The position numbers and the translations under genes are program-made. Below, piece after piece: positions 44,975-60,009 of a stretch of 64,000 nt of DNA (its first letter is position 1; each line of letters starts with the position of its first letter). The notes under the pieces are model-generated. The model was given only the letters and a program-made list of their open reading frames with translations, ran no database searches and was not told the DNA's origin. Source of the DNA: the human T2T-CHM13v2.0 reference genome, Homo sapiens; NCBI RefSeq assembly GCF_009914755.1, contig NC_060947.1; one strand, written 5' to 3'.

Positions 44975-45282
44975 ATTTTTTTTATTTTTTATTTTTGAGA
45001 CAGAGTCTCACTCTTGTCACCCAGGCTGGAGTGCTGCAGAGGCACGATCTCAGCTCACTGCCACCTCCACCTTCTGTGTTCAAGCTATTCTCCTGCTTCA
45101 GCCTCCTGAGTAGCTGGGACTACAGGCCTGTGCCACCACGCCTGGCTAATTTTTGTATTTTAGTAGAGATGGGGTTTCACCATGTTGGTCAGGCTAGTCT
45201 CAAACTCCTGACCTCGAATGATCCACCCATCTTGGTCTCCCAAAGTGCTGGGATTACAGGTGTGAGCCACTATGCCTGGCCT
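44975..45282 (-). mobile_element. AluS
   Basis: Antisense Alu; TSD-like atttgaattt on both sides. Confidence 0.9.
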
Positions 45283-45564
45283 GACATTTGAATTTAATAT
45301 AATTTTCACATCATGAAATATTTTTCTTTTTTCTTTTTTTTTTTTTTTTTTTGCAAATATTCAAACATTGTGCTTGCGGGATGTACAGAAATAGGCAGCA
45401 GACTGGATTTGGTTCTTAGGTATACACCCAAGATAAATAAATTCATGTCCATCAAAAAACATTTATAAGAATTTCACAGCAGCTTTATTTACAATGGGCC
45501 CACACTGGAAACAACCCAAATGTTTATCACAGGATAATGGATTAAAATTTTCAATATATTCTTT

Positions 45565-45842
45565 TAGGGTCTTGCTCTGTCACCTAGACTGGAGTGTAAT
45601 GGTGCTGTTTCAGTTCACTGTAACCTCCACCTTCCAAGCTCAAGCCATCCTCCCACCTCAGCCTCCTGAGTAGCTGGGACTATAGGTGTACACCACCATG
45701 CCTGGCTAATTTTTGTATTTTTTGTAGAGATGGGGTTTTGCCATGTTGCCCACACTGGTCTCGAACTTCTGAGCTCAAGAAATCTACCTACCTCGGCCTC
45801 CCAAAGTGCTGGGATCACAGGTGTGAGCTACTGCTCCTGGCT
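45565..45842 (-). mobile_element. AluJ within an L1M fragment (about 45420-46190)
   Basis: Antisense Alu; TSD tcaatatattctt. Confidence 0.88.
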
Positions 45843-46783
45843 CAATATATTCTTAAAAGTGGATTGCTCCATAGCAATGAAAAAGAATGAACTATGTGTA
45901 CAATACATTGGGTGATTATCACAGACAAAAAGGTCGTAAAAAAAGCTTGTCACAAGAACAAATACTGTATGATTCAATGTATGAAGTTCCATAATGGCAA
46001 AGATAATCTGCAAGTATAGAAATTAGTACAGAGGTTGCTCGGTGGAACAAAGGGAGGGGATTACTGGAAATGAACATGAAGGAAAATTCTGTATCTTAAT
46101 TTGGGAATTTGGGTGTTGGTTACAGGGATATATATATATATATATGTATTTGTCAAAATTCTTCAAGTGGAACACTTACAATTCCCTATAAATCATCCCA
46201 CCATACAGAATACTCTTTACATAATTTAAAAAGAAATCAATTAGTTGCTTACATTTAACATTGTAATAATAATAAAATACAGTAAAATACAGATTTCTGG
46301 CCACAATGGCTCACATTCCCATGTAGCAACTATCAACTAGAGCTGTGCTGTTTCAGTATGGTAGCCAGTAGCTGCATGTGGCTGTTGAGCACATAAAATG
46401 TGACAAGCACAAATTGAGGTATGCAAGGAGGGTAAAATATACATGGGAGTTTGAAGGCTTAATATGAAAAAAAATGTAAAATATTTCATTAATAGTTTTT
46501 AATGTTGATTACATGTTGAAATGATAATATTGGGTTAAATTAGATTATTAAAATTTTGCCATTAAAAATGTTTTGAAATGGAAAATTTTTAATTGTGATA
46601 AAATACAAATAACATTTCCCATCTTAACCATTTTAAATGTATAATTCAGTAATGTGTAAATATAGTCACATTGTTGGGTAACTAGTTTCTAGAACCTTTT
46701 CACCTCACCTTACAAAATGGAAACTCTGTATTCATTAAACACCTTCCCATTTTCTTTTTCCTACCCAGATCCTGGCAACTGCC

Positions 46784-47049
46784 TTTTTTTTTTTTTGAGT
46801 GCAGTGACGTGATCATGGCTTACTGCTACCTCTGCCTCCCAGGCTCAAGAGATTCTTGTGCCTCAGCCTCCCGAGTAGCTGGGATTACAGGCGCATGCAC
46901 CACTACACCCAGCTAATTTTTGTATTTTTAGTAGAGATGGGGTTTTGTCATGTTGGCCAGGCTAGTCTTGAACTCCTGGCCTCAAGTGATCTGCCCACCT
47001 CAGCCTCCCAAAGTGCTGGGATTACAAGTGTGAGCCACTGCACCTGGCC
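46784..47049 (-). mobile_element. AluS within an L1MB fragment
   Basis: Antisense Alu with a deletion next to the tail. Confidence 0.87.
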
Positions 47050-47374
47050 TGCCCATCTACTTTCTGGTTTTATGAGTTTGGCTACTCTTGATGCCTCATA
47101 TAAGTGAAACCACACAGTACCTGTCTTTTTGTGACCAGCTTGTTTCACTTCTTTCTTTCTTTCTTTTTTTTTTTTTTAATGTGGCTCACATTCTTTTTTG
47201 GCAGATAACATTGAAAGACTGTGAACAGCTGCTGCCATTTTGATGGAACATGAGTTCTCTGCCCAGCACCCTCCACTCCATATTGTCTAGCTAATGAGGC
47301 TCAATGTCACTTGCCATTTATTATTGCATTTATGCTGTTTACATTTTTTCTAATGGATTGAGGAAATTGAGGTA

Positions 47375-47763
<389 letters not shown>

Positions 47764-48102
47764 TAATTTTCTTTGTGGAAGGGAAAAATAGTCATTTATG
47801 TTTAATATACAAAGCATTTCTGTGTTCAAAGAATGTAACCTAAGATGAAACAACAATGAAGCAAATTGTCATCTTGGATGGCCACTCTCATTGTCTCCTC
47901 AGACCCTCTAAACATTTAGTGTGAACTCTTACTTTGTTTGCTGTGTGTAATTCAATTCAGTTTGGGAGACAAGATTCTAACCAATGACTACAAATAGACC
48001 TTCTTCTTGACAGACATCATTGTATAGCAGGTACTTTATTGATTAATTTTTTCAAAGTTTCACTATTAAATTTTGTGTATGTGTGACTAGGAAAAACATT
48101 CA

Positions 48103-48406
<304 letters not shown>

Positions 48407-49116
48407 TCAGACTGAAAATTTACAAACTACTTTTACCTTTCACTTTTTAAAAGCTTGCATCAGTTTAAGGGAAATGGCACCTTCATGAAAGTTTTCCATG
48501 ATAAGAATATTATTATGTATGGTTATACTTCTGTTAAGTGAGAGTTGCTTGGAACCACCTGACCAAAGAAAGTATGAGAGAACTTCAGCTGTATTTTGTC
48601 TTTTGCTGTTTGGTGGCTGTCTGGGGGAGAGAGGTGGTTTTCTAGGCACATAGCTCTAAAGAAATGCCATAGACAGGGTGGAAGAATGTGTGAAGTGACA
48701 ATGTCCTAGACAATATCTGGGAGCCCTACTTAAGTCCTAATATAATAATTGATATTCATAATTCAGTTAGTGTATTCCATTGTTCCTTGGAGGTATCTGT
48801 TGAATGCCAGTAAGGCACTGGTCAGGGAGCTTATAAATACTGAGCATTTATTTCTTTTCTCCCTCAAGAAGTACTTGGAAGTAGAGTCATCCTCTTATGG
48901 GTAGATCAGGGTGCAAATTATTTTATGTGATCTTGTTTCATCTTTTTAGATCCTTTTTCCTGACTGAGCTGGAGCACATACCTGAGACCAAAACCATAGA
49001 GTTAGCTTATATTTGATTTACTAAGAATCTAGAGTTTCTTTTCTCTTGCTTTTTTGCTTTTGAAGCCCATTCCTGCTTTGAGTGCTGGAGAGCTGCCCGA
49101 GATTGGGAAACATTAA

Positions 49117-49671
<555 letters not shown>

Positions 49672-50129
49672 TAGAGAGCTGATGGAAGTGCAAAGGCACA
49701 CTGATGAGTATTATCCTGAACAATGGATACAGATGCAAATCATTATGCATAATCCATAATGTCCCCATTTTTGTAGGGTTTTGTGCTACGTGATTGTGTG
49801 TGATTTGATGTGCTGAGAACTAGAAGTGTGCCAAAGTATCATTTCCGCTTTCAGAATAGTTTTGTTAGAATTTTGAAAGATGAGTAAATATACCAGACCG
49901 TTGCTTTTCAACTCTTTGTAGCATTTTGAGTGGCTAATGGTTTTGACAGAAGAATGTGGCTGAATGATAGATTGATTGCTCTGACTTGATATTGTTTTCC
50001 TTATTCCATTATGAAAAGACAACCAGAGATTGGATGTGAAAATTCCTTAAAGAATTACATAGGATGAGAAACTGTTCTACCCACTAAGTTTGCCATAGGA
50101 ACAAGGGACCATTCTGTAGAGCACTGGTA

Positions 50130-50345
50130 AAGTACCAGCTTGCCTGCATTCAAACCGTGGCTCTGCCACAGATGAGTTGTGTGATCCTGGGGACATTACT
50201 TAGCTCCTTTATGACTGTTTCTACTTTTGCAATGAGGGGGTGGTAATGATAGTTTTATCATACAGAGTTGTTGTGAGGATTAAATGAGTTAATATTTGCA
50301 AATCTTTAATACTGTGCCTGGCATATTTAAGCATTATATGAATTT
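50130..50345 (+). mobile_element. MIR
   Basis: ttcaaaccgtggctctgccac...gtgtgatcctggg...gttgtgaggattaaatgagttaat...gtgcctggcat. Confidence 0.8.
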
Positions 50346-50682
50346 TACCTGCCACCATTTGTCACTTATTATTGTATTATACAGTGTCATATCCTTTTTC
50401 TTGGTTATTGAAGGATGAAATGGGAGATCAGTCCCAAATCTGAATTTATTCTGCGATTTGGCAACATTGAAAAATGTTAAGCCAGAATACTTTGGTTAAA
50501 CCATAGCATTTTAAAAATCAGGACGTTATTATAGGAGTACTCATTGTATCTAAATCTAAATTTATATTTAGTGCTCTGGAATTTTTCCTCAAAAATGATT
50601 CATCGTTTGGCCATTGAGTTCCCCTTTTTTGCAGTTTTTAAATTAAGTCTGACTAGAGCTTCTCTGATTTCTGGTCCCAAAG

Positions 50683-50831
50683 AATTGCCTCTGCCTCGCT
50701 TTATGATGTCAAAGAATGATGGTGAGATACGATTTGGGAACCCAGCTGAGCTGCATGGAACTAAGGTTCAGATTCCATATTTAACTACAGAAAAAAATTC
50801 CTTCAAAAGAATGGACGATGAGGATAAACAG
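50683..50831 (+). CDS. REPS2: REPS2 coding exon (probably exon 3), 149 nt, phase 1->0
   Basis: Acceptor ctgatttctggtcccaaag|AA with a ctgac branch-like motif at 50649-50653; donor CAG|gtaaac. Continues the frame as (E)LPLPRFMMSKNDGEIRFGNPAELHGTKVQIPYLTTEKNSFKRMDDEDKQ. Confidence 0.93.
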
Positions 50832-51692
50832 GTAAACAGTTTGTTCAGATGTGTTCATTTGATTCTGACCATGAAACCGCATGTAGCAGGGCCTCGTATC
50901 TACTGTTCAGCTTCCAGCAAATCTCACCATCTGGAACCCAATTACAGACTTGGAAGTGAGCCAGTAAAGTTTTCTCCTAGCAAGAAAGAGAGACCGACAC
51001 ATATGAATCACCACCACCCACTTAAGGGCCCTTTAGAGCCTACTTTAAAGTAGAATTGTGTCTAAAATAAGGCTACCGATTTAATACATTTATTGATTTC
51101 ACTAGCTCAGTGGTTTTCTAAATGGATTCTTGGAAATGTAACTTCCAGGAGTTTTTAATAGGTTCTCTTCTCCAAAAAGAAGTCTGTAGAAAAGGTTTCT
51201 CCTATTATAATAAATGTGTTTGGAGAATGCTGCTTCATATTCCCTTGTTGAGGGAAGGACTAAATCCTCAGTCTTGGAAATTCGTAGTGCACATTAGCAC
51301 GGTAAAAGCCCTGAGAAGTTCTGCAGTGAAGAGACCTGGAAATGTGTGTTTACTAAACTTCTTTCACCAGGAAATTCTTTCTTGGGGAACATATTTGGAA
51401 TACTATCTTGGGAAATGCTGCCATTACCCATTTAGCAGGTTTGGAACCAGAACAGGGAGGATAGGCTTTTAAAATTAGACCACTAATTGCAATGGTCAGA
51501 TGATGATTGGTGGAGACAACAGTATAAAATCTCAGAAGAGTGGGCAGATCCAGAAGAAGTAAATAGTCTACACATTAGTGTACCCTGCAGGCATCAAGGT
51601 ATAGCTCATACTTCCAGCAAAGATACTGAATCATGCAGAGAAGTCAAATTATGTTCAACATAGTGTCTTCTATAAGGTAAAGAAATTTATTA

Positions 51693-52049
<357 letters not shown>

Positions 52050-52565
52050 TTATGTTGGAAAACTAACTTCTGTGACTTACCCTGTGATGTTGTGTAGATG
52101 AGGTGTTGCTACAGAAGTTTTATATGGATAGTTAGGGGAGGTGTAGCACATCCTGTTAAACAATTCCATGTACTGTCACTTTCATAATTCTGACACATTT
52201 TAAATCAGTTCTTCAGGGATATATTTAAAAAGGAAGAGGTATAGGAATTTTCAGTCAATATTCTTTGGCATATTTTCCCACCAGCATTTGGAGAGGAATG
52301 AGGGTCCACTGTCCCACGGTGGTTGATGCCCTGGGAAATTTCCAGGCCCAGTCCCTGATTGTGTGAATGAGAATACATCCTTTCACTTCAGGCTGAGTTT
52401 ATGCATGCCCCACCCAATCTATGGGTGTGAGCTCATGCTTTAGAGCAAACATATTTTGCTTTTTCTTGAAGAAGAGTATTTGATCAGTATTTCAGATTAC
52501 ATATTTCTCTTTAGACTAAGGGAGCCTATATATATAGTCTGTGTGTTGATAGAAAGCATTGTTTT

Positions 52566-52868
52566 GGCTGGGTGTAGTGGCTCATGCCTGTAATCCCAGC
52601 AGTTGGGGAGGCCGAAGCAGGAGGATTGCTTGAGCCCAAGAATTCAAGACCAGCCTGGGCAACATAGCAAGACCTCATTTCAAAAAAAAAAAAAAAAAAT
52701 TAGCTGTGTGTGGTGGCGCATGCCTGTAGTAGCTACTGGGGGTGCTGAGGTGGGAGGATTGCTTGAGCCCAGGAAGTCAAGGCTGCAGTGAGCTATGATC
52801 ACGCCACTGTGCCCCAGCCTGGGTGACAGAGCGAGACCCTGTCTCAAACAAACAAACAAACAAAAAAA
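52566..52868 (+). mobile_element. AluJ
   Basis: TSD aaagcattgtttt / aaagcactgtttt; long central A tract. Confidence 0.9.
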
Positions 52869-52922
52869 AGCACTGTTTTCTTGGTACTTGAATACTCCAA
52901 AGTTACCAGTCTACTAGTAAAG

Positions 52923-52955
<33 letters not shown>

Positions 52956-53619
52956 AAACTCAGCAGCAGATAAGGTTGCTTACTTTGCCTAGGGTTCTAC
53001 ATCAGGTTCATATTTGAATTGAGATTCAAATTGTAGCTTGTTAAGATTTCATCTTAGTGTTTGGGAGTAAGCTGGTTGGAATGGTTTACCTATAATGAAT
53101 TGTTTTGCAGTCTCTCATTGTTAAAAAAAAAAAGCTAGCATTTTACTTTGACATGGTAAGCTCCAAGAATATTAAGTATTAAGCATTTAGAAATATATAT
53201 TTTAATATTCACATTTGCTGGAAGACTTGATAAGTATAAATCCAGGAAATAAATTTATTAATGAATGAAAATGAAATCTATCCACAGAGAGATCACAATT
53301 GGGAGCGGGTATGAATGTTATTTCATGTGATCAGTGTCTTTCATTTTCCAAAGGAAAATATTATTGGAATAACCAAAAGTGTTTCAGGCTGGTTTTAGTA
53401 ATTTAGGTAACTCAGCACTGATGAGATTTTATTCTCTGGGAGACTTCTTGAATCCTCAGACACTGCTGTTTAACCATGCTGCATTTTTGAGAAAACATTT
53501 CCCCCCATTTGTTAAACCAGCTGGGTCACCAGCAGTAGAGTTGCGTTATGCTTCCTGACTGCAGCTCAGAACGCCAGGCTTGAGTGAGCGCCTCTGAACT
53601 CTGATCTGGTTCTTTGAAG

Positions 53620-53746
53620 CAGGAAACACAGTCTCCCACGATGTCACCCCTCGCCTCCCCTCCTTCTTCCCCGCCTCATTACCAGAGGGTGCCCTTGAGC
53701 CATGGCTACAGCAAACTGCGGAGCAGCGCAGAACAGATGCATCCAG
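53620..53746 (+). CDS. REPS2: REPS2 coding exon (probably exon 4), Pro/Ser-rich, 127 nt (124 nt if the distal NAG is used)
   Basis: Acceptor tctttgaag|CAG|GAA, donor CCAG|gtaaga. Translates QETQSPTMSPLASPPSSPPHYQRVPLSHGYSKLRSSAEQMHP in frame; locally CpG-rich. Absent from the supplied ORF track. Confidence 0.92.
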
Positions 53747-55361
53747 GTAAGAGGCGACCTGGGGGCCAGCTGTCCCAGGCAGTGTCTTAGAGACTCCTTA
53801 ATTTACCAGGCGGTAACGCTTCAAGCTGCTTAATTTCCTGATTTAATTACCCCTGTCTTTGGAAACATGGCTCAATTTAATTTTATATTCTCAAGCAAGG
53901 TTTTTTTTTAAAAATTGATTTAAACATATTTGAGTAATGTTTCATCTCCTGTCCTAGAAACTAGTTCGTCTTTAGACTTGTAAACAGCTAGATGATTTAA
54001 TCTTTCATATACAGATTTTATTGAATAGAACATACCATATTAAGGGCTTGTATTTTTTTTGGAATTGTTATTCCTTTCTGTAAGCACACCAAAGATATTT
54101 ATATAGTAACTGCTTTAATGAAATTTCTTAAGAAATATAACTGCAAAAGCAAAAGAGTTGATCCAACCTTTGAAGACTGAGCACGTAAATGAAAATATAT
54201 AGGTCCTGTGCTTTGGAATAAGGATAAAGGAAATGCTAGGGGTAGCATTTTGCTGAGGGGTATGTAGCATGCACAGTTGTGGGGTTGCCTTCTTGCTCAC
54301 ATTTATGCTCTGCTGGCCTCGTTAGGTGGTAAAATACGTTAGTTCTGAGGATGACTTGCAGAGTTGGCTGTTTAGGCTGCAGTGCCTAAAGCACTGGAAA
54401 TTCACTGCAGCATCTTGTGCCTCCTGGGGTTCAGACTCCTAGTTTAAGATATGACCAATTAAAGGTATTCTAGAACTGGATATCTGTAAACCCCCACCCC
54501 CCCAGTTTTGTTTTGTGGGCTGTGGCCCCAAATGACCCAGTTTCTGCAGGTTTTTACTGCATTAAAAATAGTGGTGACTTTTAGAGGGACACAGAAATAA
54601 AACTGCGCGCTAGGCTGAATAAAGAGAGGCTGTAATCTTGCAGAGAGAAGCAGGCGTGGCATAATGGCAATAGCTTTTGATTGGAAGCAGAAGGTGTGTG
54701 GGTTTCTGTGACTAGCTGTAGGACTTTGGGCAGGCCATTGAACATCTCTGAACCACGATTACCTCTTCTCTCTTAAAATGGAGTAACAGTATCCTAGAGG
54801 GGTATTAGAAGATTAAGTGAGAATGTGAGTATAAAATCTGTTTGGAAATTAAGTCCTATGCACATGCAAGATGATGTTGCTAATGGATAGTAACAAAAAA
54901 ATCACTGTCCTGTAACTTGAATATCTCAGTGGGGTTAGAAACTAAATGGAGTTGAGAATTCTTCATTTTCCTCTTATAGTTTCCCTGATCTGATTTCCCT
55001 ATTTTCAGGAGTGGGTTTTTTTTTTTTTTTTCCTATTTCTAATCTTACTTGGGTTTGGAAGTTGGTTTTTAATTCACAGGTGAAACTTTTTGTTCTACTG
55101 AGTCAGCCTGTCAGCAAGTTCTACCTTTGGTATTCCTTAGAAAACTTTTCTGTTCCTCCTCCTTAATGCCCCATTCCCTCCTCATTCCATACAAATTGGG
55201 CTTCCATTTCCCCAGTGGTAAGGAAGCAGCTTGCTTCTCTCCATCTTTCTTGACTCTCAGCAGCCTGTGCCAAAGCTGTCCATGCCTTCATTTCTTTTCA
55301 TACTTTTTTAAAAGTGAGGTAAAATATACATATGATAAAATGTACCCGTTTTATTTGTTCA

Positions 55362-55654
55362 TTTTTGAGACAGGTTCTCACTTTGTCACTCAGGCTGGAG
55401 TGCACTGGCGCGATCATGGCTCACTGTAGCCTTGATCTCCTAGGTTTAGGTGATCCTCCCACCTCAGCCTCCTGAGTTGGTGGGATTACAGACATGTGCC
55501 ACCACACCGGGCTAATTTTCTTTTTGTATTTTTTTGTAGAGATGGGATTTCGCCATGTTGCCCAGGCTGGTCTCGAACCCCTGGACTCAAGCGATCCGCT
55601 CTCCTTGTCCTCCCAAAGTACTGGGATTACAGGTGTGAGCCACAATGCCTGGCC
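55362..55654 (-). mobile_element. AluJ within an L1ME fragment (about 55305-56180)
   Basis: Antisense Alu with flanking L1 3' UTR text. Confidence 0.88.
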
Positions 55655-58088
55655 ATGCACATGTTTTAAATCTTCAATTTGAGTTTTAGCAAATGGATAG
55701 GCCCTTGTAGCTACCACTTTGATCAGTAATTGAACATATCCATTATGCCAGAGATGACCCTCTCCGGTCACTCCCTGCCCCCTAACGCAATCACTGTTCT
55801 GATTTTCATCACCATCATTAGTTTTGCTTCTTCTAGAACTTCATATGAATGAAAACACACAGAATGACTGACTGTACTCATATGTGTTTGCCATCTTTCC
55901 TTCAGCATAATGGTTGAAATTTATCTGTATTGTTGTATCAGTAGTTCATTCCTTTTTATTATTTAGTAGTGGGATATATTGTGTGAATGCATCACAGTTC
56001 GACGATCTGTTCTCCTGGTGCTGGACATTTGAGTTGTTTCCAGTGTTTGGCTATTATGAATAAGGATACTATGAACATTCATGTATGAGTCCTTCTGTGA
56101 CATATGCTGTCATTTCCCTGGCTCCTAGGAATAGAGTCACTCAGTTTTAGGGTAGTTGTATATGAAACTGCCAAAGAGTTCTGGTTTGACACTGAACTTC
56201 AGAGTGATGAAATCTTTAGGTTTTTTTTTTTTTTTTTTTTTTTTTGTACACCTCCCCTTGGAGAAAGATGGTACTTCCAGTTCTTATTAAACCTCTTGTA
56301 AGGGGATCAAAGAATTATTTGTTTTGCACTGTATTGCATGTTTGGGGTTTCATTTGGGAAGAAAGAGAGTTGAGTAATAGCTACTTTTTAACCTTCTGAA
56401 TTCAGATCCAATTAAGGAAGGAGCCAGAAGTCAGACAATTGATGGCCTGAATATCAGCTTTATTACTGATATAGCTGATCAGAGCACATGTCTTAGATTT
56501 GTGACCAGATGGGCTTTAGACACTCACCTTTCCAGTCACAGGCAGGCTTGGCCATCCCAGATTTCCCACACAAGTAGGAAGAGAAAATCTGCCTCTCCAA
56601 AAAAGGCCCCCCATGCAGCTGAGTCTTCATCCAAGCCCTACTGATGAGATAGGTCTGTCTCTTCCAAGGGAAGGCCCTTGTAGGTGAGGGATAGAAGCCA
56701 AGGGCCAGATGGTGGCCTGTTCCCCCATGTGTCTCCCCTGGAAGTAGAAGTAGAAGCTCTTATGGGAAGCAGAGGCACGTGGGATTCACTTCCTAAGGAA
56801 AGCTCATGACCGCTAGCACCCCAACCATGCCACAGTTCACTGTGTTTCAAACCTTTTGGCAGAGCGCAATTGGTATTAGTGATTTAATTCAGTGCTCCAT
56901 CAACACAGAATGATTTTAAAAATCCTACTTCTCAGAAGACAATGGTGGCCTACCAGCTGAGACTTACTTTTTAAAATTTGGATTATGTGCTCTCTATGTA
57001 TGTATGTTTTGCAGTTTTTATATCTGTATTCATTCTTAGCAGGTTCTGAAAATCTACTTGATGGGTTGCCAGGCAATTGTTTTGCTATTTTAATGTGTGT
57101 TAATGTATTGTAACATTGTGTTCCAGTTACTAGGAAGAAATACAAAAAGCAGATGTGAGCCCAAGAGTGATTTATCATTCTTGATGTGCTATTGTTGTAC
57201 CTTCTTTATTTTAAAAAGAGCAAACTATGTTAAACATGAGGTCATAACAGGCTGCTCTGCTCTCTACCTAATTTTATTTGTAAGTAAGCTACAGAAATAA
57301 AACATTTTACTTATTTATATATTTTCAAAAACTTGAACTATTAACCTATAGAGATGAGAAAGAATTTCAACTTGGGTGATAATTTCTGCTTTCTGTTGGA
57401 GCTGCATACTACCTGGTTATGTTTAACTGTCTCCCTGCCATATTGGTAAGGTCATTATTAAGTCTTCTGGAAATAAAAGGAGTGAAAACATACATTCATT
57501 TTTGTGGCTTAAAAAGTTATTTTAAAGGCAGCAAAATTGTTTTTTAAAAGTTTGGTTATTGAATAGTAGAATAATAAATATAAAATATATTTATTCATTT
57601 TCGTAGTCTTCTCTACATGATTTTACATTCTGTTTGATTTATTTTTCAAAAATAATGTTGGTTCTTAGTGTTCAAAATGCACATTAGTTTTCTTCTTGGG
57701 GAAGTGGATGATCAATGGAAGACATTTACTTAGGGGGGATATATAGAATTTACCTCATATTTAGAATTTGAACACTTATGACACTTTTCTAGCTATTGTT
57801 GCTTTCTATCCCAATTGAAGTTCTCACTGTTCCACCTTCACAATTTATTCCTAATCATAACCCAGTGTAAATATTTTTCTGCTTATCATGAATTGGTTGA
57901 ATGTCTTTAGATTGTTTAGTGAAATTGTGCCAAAGAGAATCAGGGGTTGTCAGTCCTAGATGGCCCTATGAGTATTCTGTTGCCAGTTCTTTCCTGAAAA
58001 GCAGATGCTGTATCAGTTTGAATGTGAAGTCATAATTTTTGAATGGAATCTTTGCATACCATACTGACTTTCCTTTCTGCTGTTTCAG

Positions 58089-58186
58089 CACCTTATGAAG
58101 CTAGGCAGCCCCTTGTCCAGCCCGAGGGATCCTCATCAGGGGGCCCAGGAACCAAGCCCCTTCGGCATCAGGCTTCCCTTATCCGG
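58089..58186 (+). CDS. REPS2: REPS2 coding exon (probably exon 5), 98 nt, phase 1->0
   Basis: Acceptor ctgactttcctttctgctgtttcag|CA, donor CGG|gtaagt. Translates (A)PYEARQPLVQPEGSSSGGPGTKPLRHQASLIR; phase matches the previous exon. Confidence 0.93.
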
Positions 58187-58873
58187 GTAAGTGATGATGC
58201 AGGGTTATGCCAATGGGACAGTAGAGTCAAGCTTTGGGCTTCGGGGACATGGCTTTTTGATGGACCCTTTTTCATTGCAAGGAAGATATAAAACTGATCC
58301 TTCATGCAAATATTGCATGTCTTGTTTGGTTGCTTGTATAAATTACTAAATCTTTTCTACTGTGTATGTCTCTACGCCTTCTCAGTGTCTCTAGAATAAA
58401 CTAGGCTGCTTCTTGATCTTTAGTATATCTAAAATGTCCCTCTGCCTTCACCTATCTAATCATTAGCCACCACTTTCAGGAGAGCTTCACTTTTTCTAAA
58501 GCAGCCCATCTTGTCTCTGCCTTATTCTTTATTATTACTCATTTAATGCATAGTTAACTGTTTTCCATTTGTTTTGTGCCTCTAATTACATGGTAAACTT
58601 TTGGAAGGCAGAAGTAGTTCTGTATTCTCTCTCAGTGCCTAGACCAAGAGAACAGTTATTGTACAATGGCAGCAGCTGCTGTTTCCTTATGTAATAAATA
58701 CAAAAGAAATATTATGGCAAAAGCTTCTGGCTATACCACAGCTTAGACAATTTCAGCTTCCCTTTCTGCAGTGTTTTCCTTTGGATAAAGAGCTCTTATT
58801 TTGTTCTCTGTCTGCAGCTGTTGCCTTGTGTAGTGTCTCTGGGTCCTGTGCTGGGGAAGTTATATTCTCAAAG

Positions 58874-58877
<4 letters not shown>

Positions 58878-58904
<27 letters not shown>

Positions 58905-58912
58905 CACGCGCG
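58878..58912 (+). repeat. (GT)13 plus gcacgcgcg alternating tract
   Basis: Read directly from the sequence. Confidence 0.95.
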
Positions 58913-60009
58913 GGTGTGCAGGTTTACTATTTGACACTAAAGAGGAAGTGGGGCAGTTTGTATAACATTTCAGTCATCTAACTCGGGAATAAGGAACATT
59001 TTTGCACAGGCACTTCTACTCAGAATAGAAGGGTGGTGTCAGACACTCCCATAAAGATGTGGGCTGCTAGGTTGGAATAGGATAAACAAAGTCTAAAGAA
59101 GGTCCTGGGGTTCATGGAATACCTTCTGGGGATGGGGCACTGTGTTAGATGTGGTGCAGAACTTGATTTTCTAAGGTGGGACTCTGTGTACAAATAATTT
59201 CTTAAAGATAATAATTTAGCCATAGGCTATTTTTTATATTTAATGCTTCCTACAACCATAAGATCTAGTTACTGCTGCTTCTAATAGTATAAGTGAGTTG
59301 ACTGTGGTTGAGAGAGGTCAAATAGCTGGTTTAAGGTTTCATTCATAACTAGTCAGTGACAGAGCCAGAATTTGAATCCAGGCCTGTCCAATGTCAAAAC
59401 CTGCTCCTTTCATTACTTTGTCCTACATTAGAGTCCCATATTACAAGAAGGCTAGGTTCTAGAGTTGCTACATAAAGAAACGTTGGGTGTAGTAAAAAAT
59501 ACTCTTGAAAAATCCCTTATTGATACCACACTGGAGAACCAATATGCCATTTGCTCCCAGGGCCAGTACAGCTCAGTTTTATCCCCAAGTTGGAAAACAC
59601 ATTTGTTTCTTCAGCTGAGCTCCAGATGTAGTAGTTGGCTGTGTTTAGAGATCCTGTGGTACAAAAATATGTGCCTTTAAACACGAGAATCACACCCACT
59701 GTGGAGTGAGGTTTACGTTAGAAAAGGTATCAGTAGGACTGGGATTTATCCCTAAGCTCTCCAAAATGTGGCTGTGTAGGTTCCTACAGAGTGTGTCCTG
59801 GGAATACAGAGGCCAGATCCTGAATGGTTAGGATGATAGTCAAACTACCAGTGCATACTGAGCTTTACAGCAGTGTGACTGGGCTCACTAGACCCTTTCT
59901 ACCTAGCCCCTGGCTGGCATGGGCATGGATGCTCATTTGGATTGGCACCCTGTGGCTTCTCTTCTAATCTCCATGTTCCCTTTTCTGCTGACAAACATGC
60001 TTCATGAGC

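Noticed and set aside
49701-49725. ctgatgag...gaa as a hammerhead ribozyme core
   Set aside because: There is no convincing stem II and no GAAA with stems I/III.
50544-51053. 169-aa ORF as a single-exon gene
   Set aside because: Only 50683-50831 is bounded by splice sites and REPS-like; the rest is chance intronic read-through.
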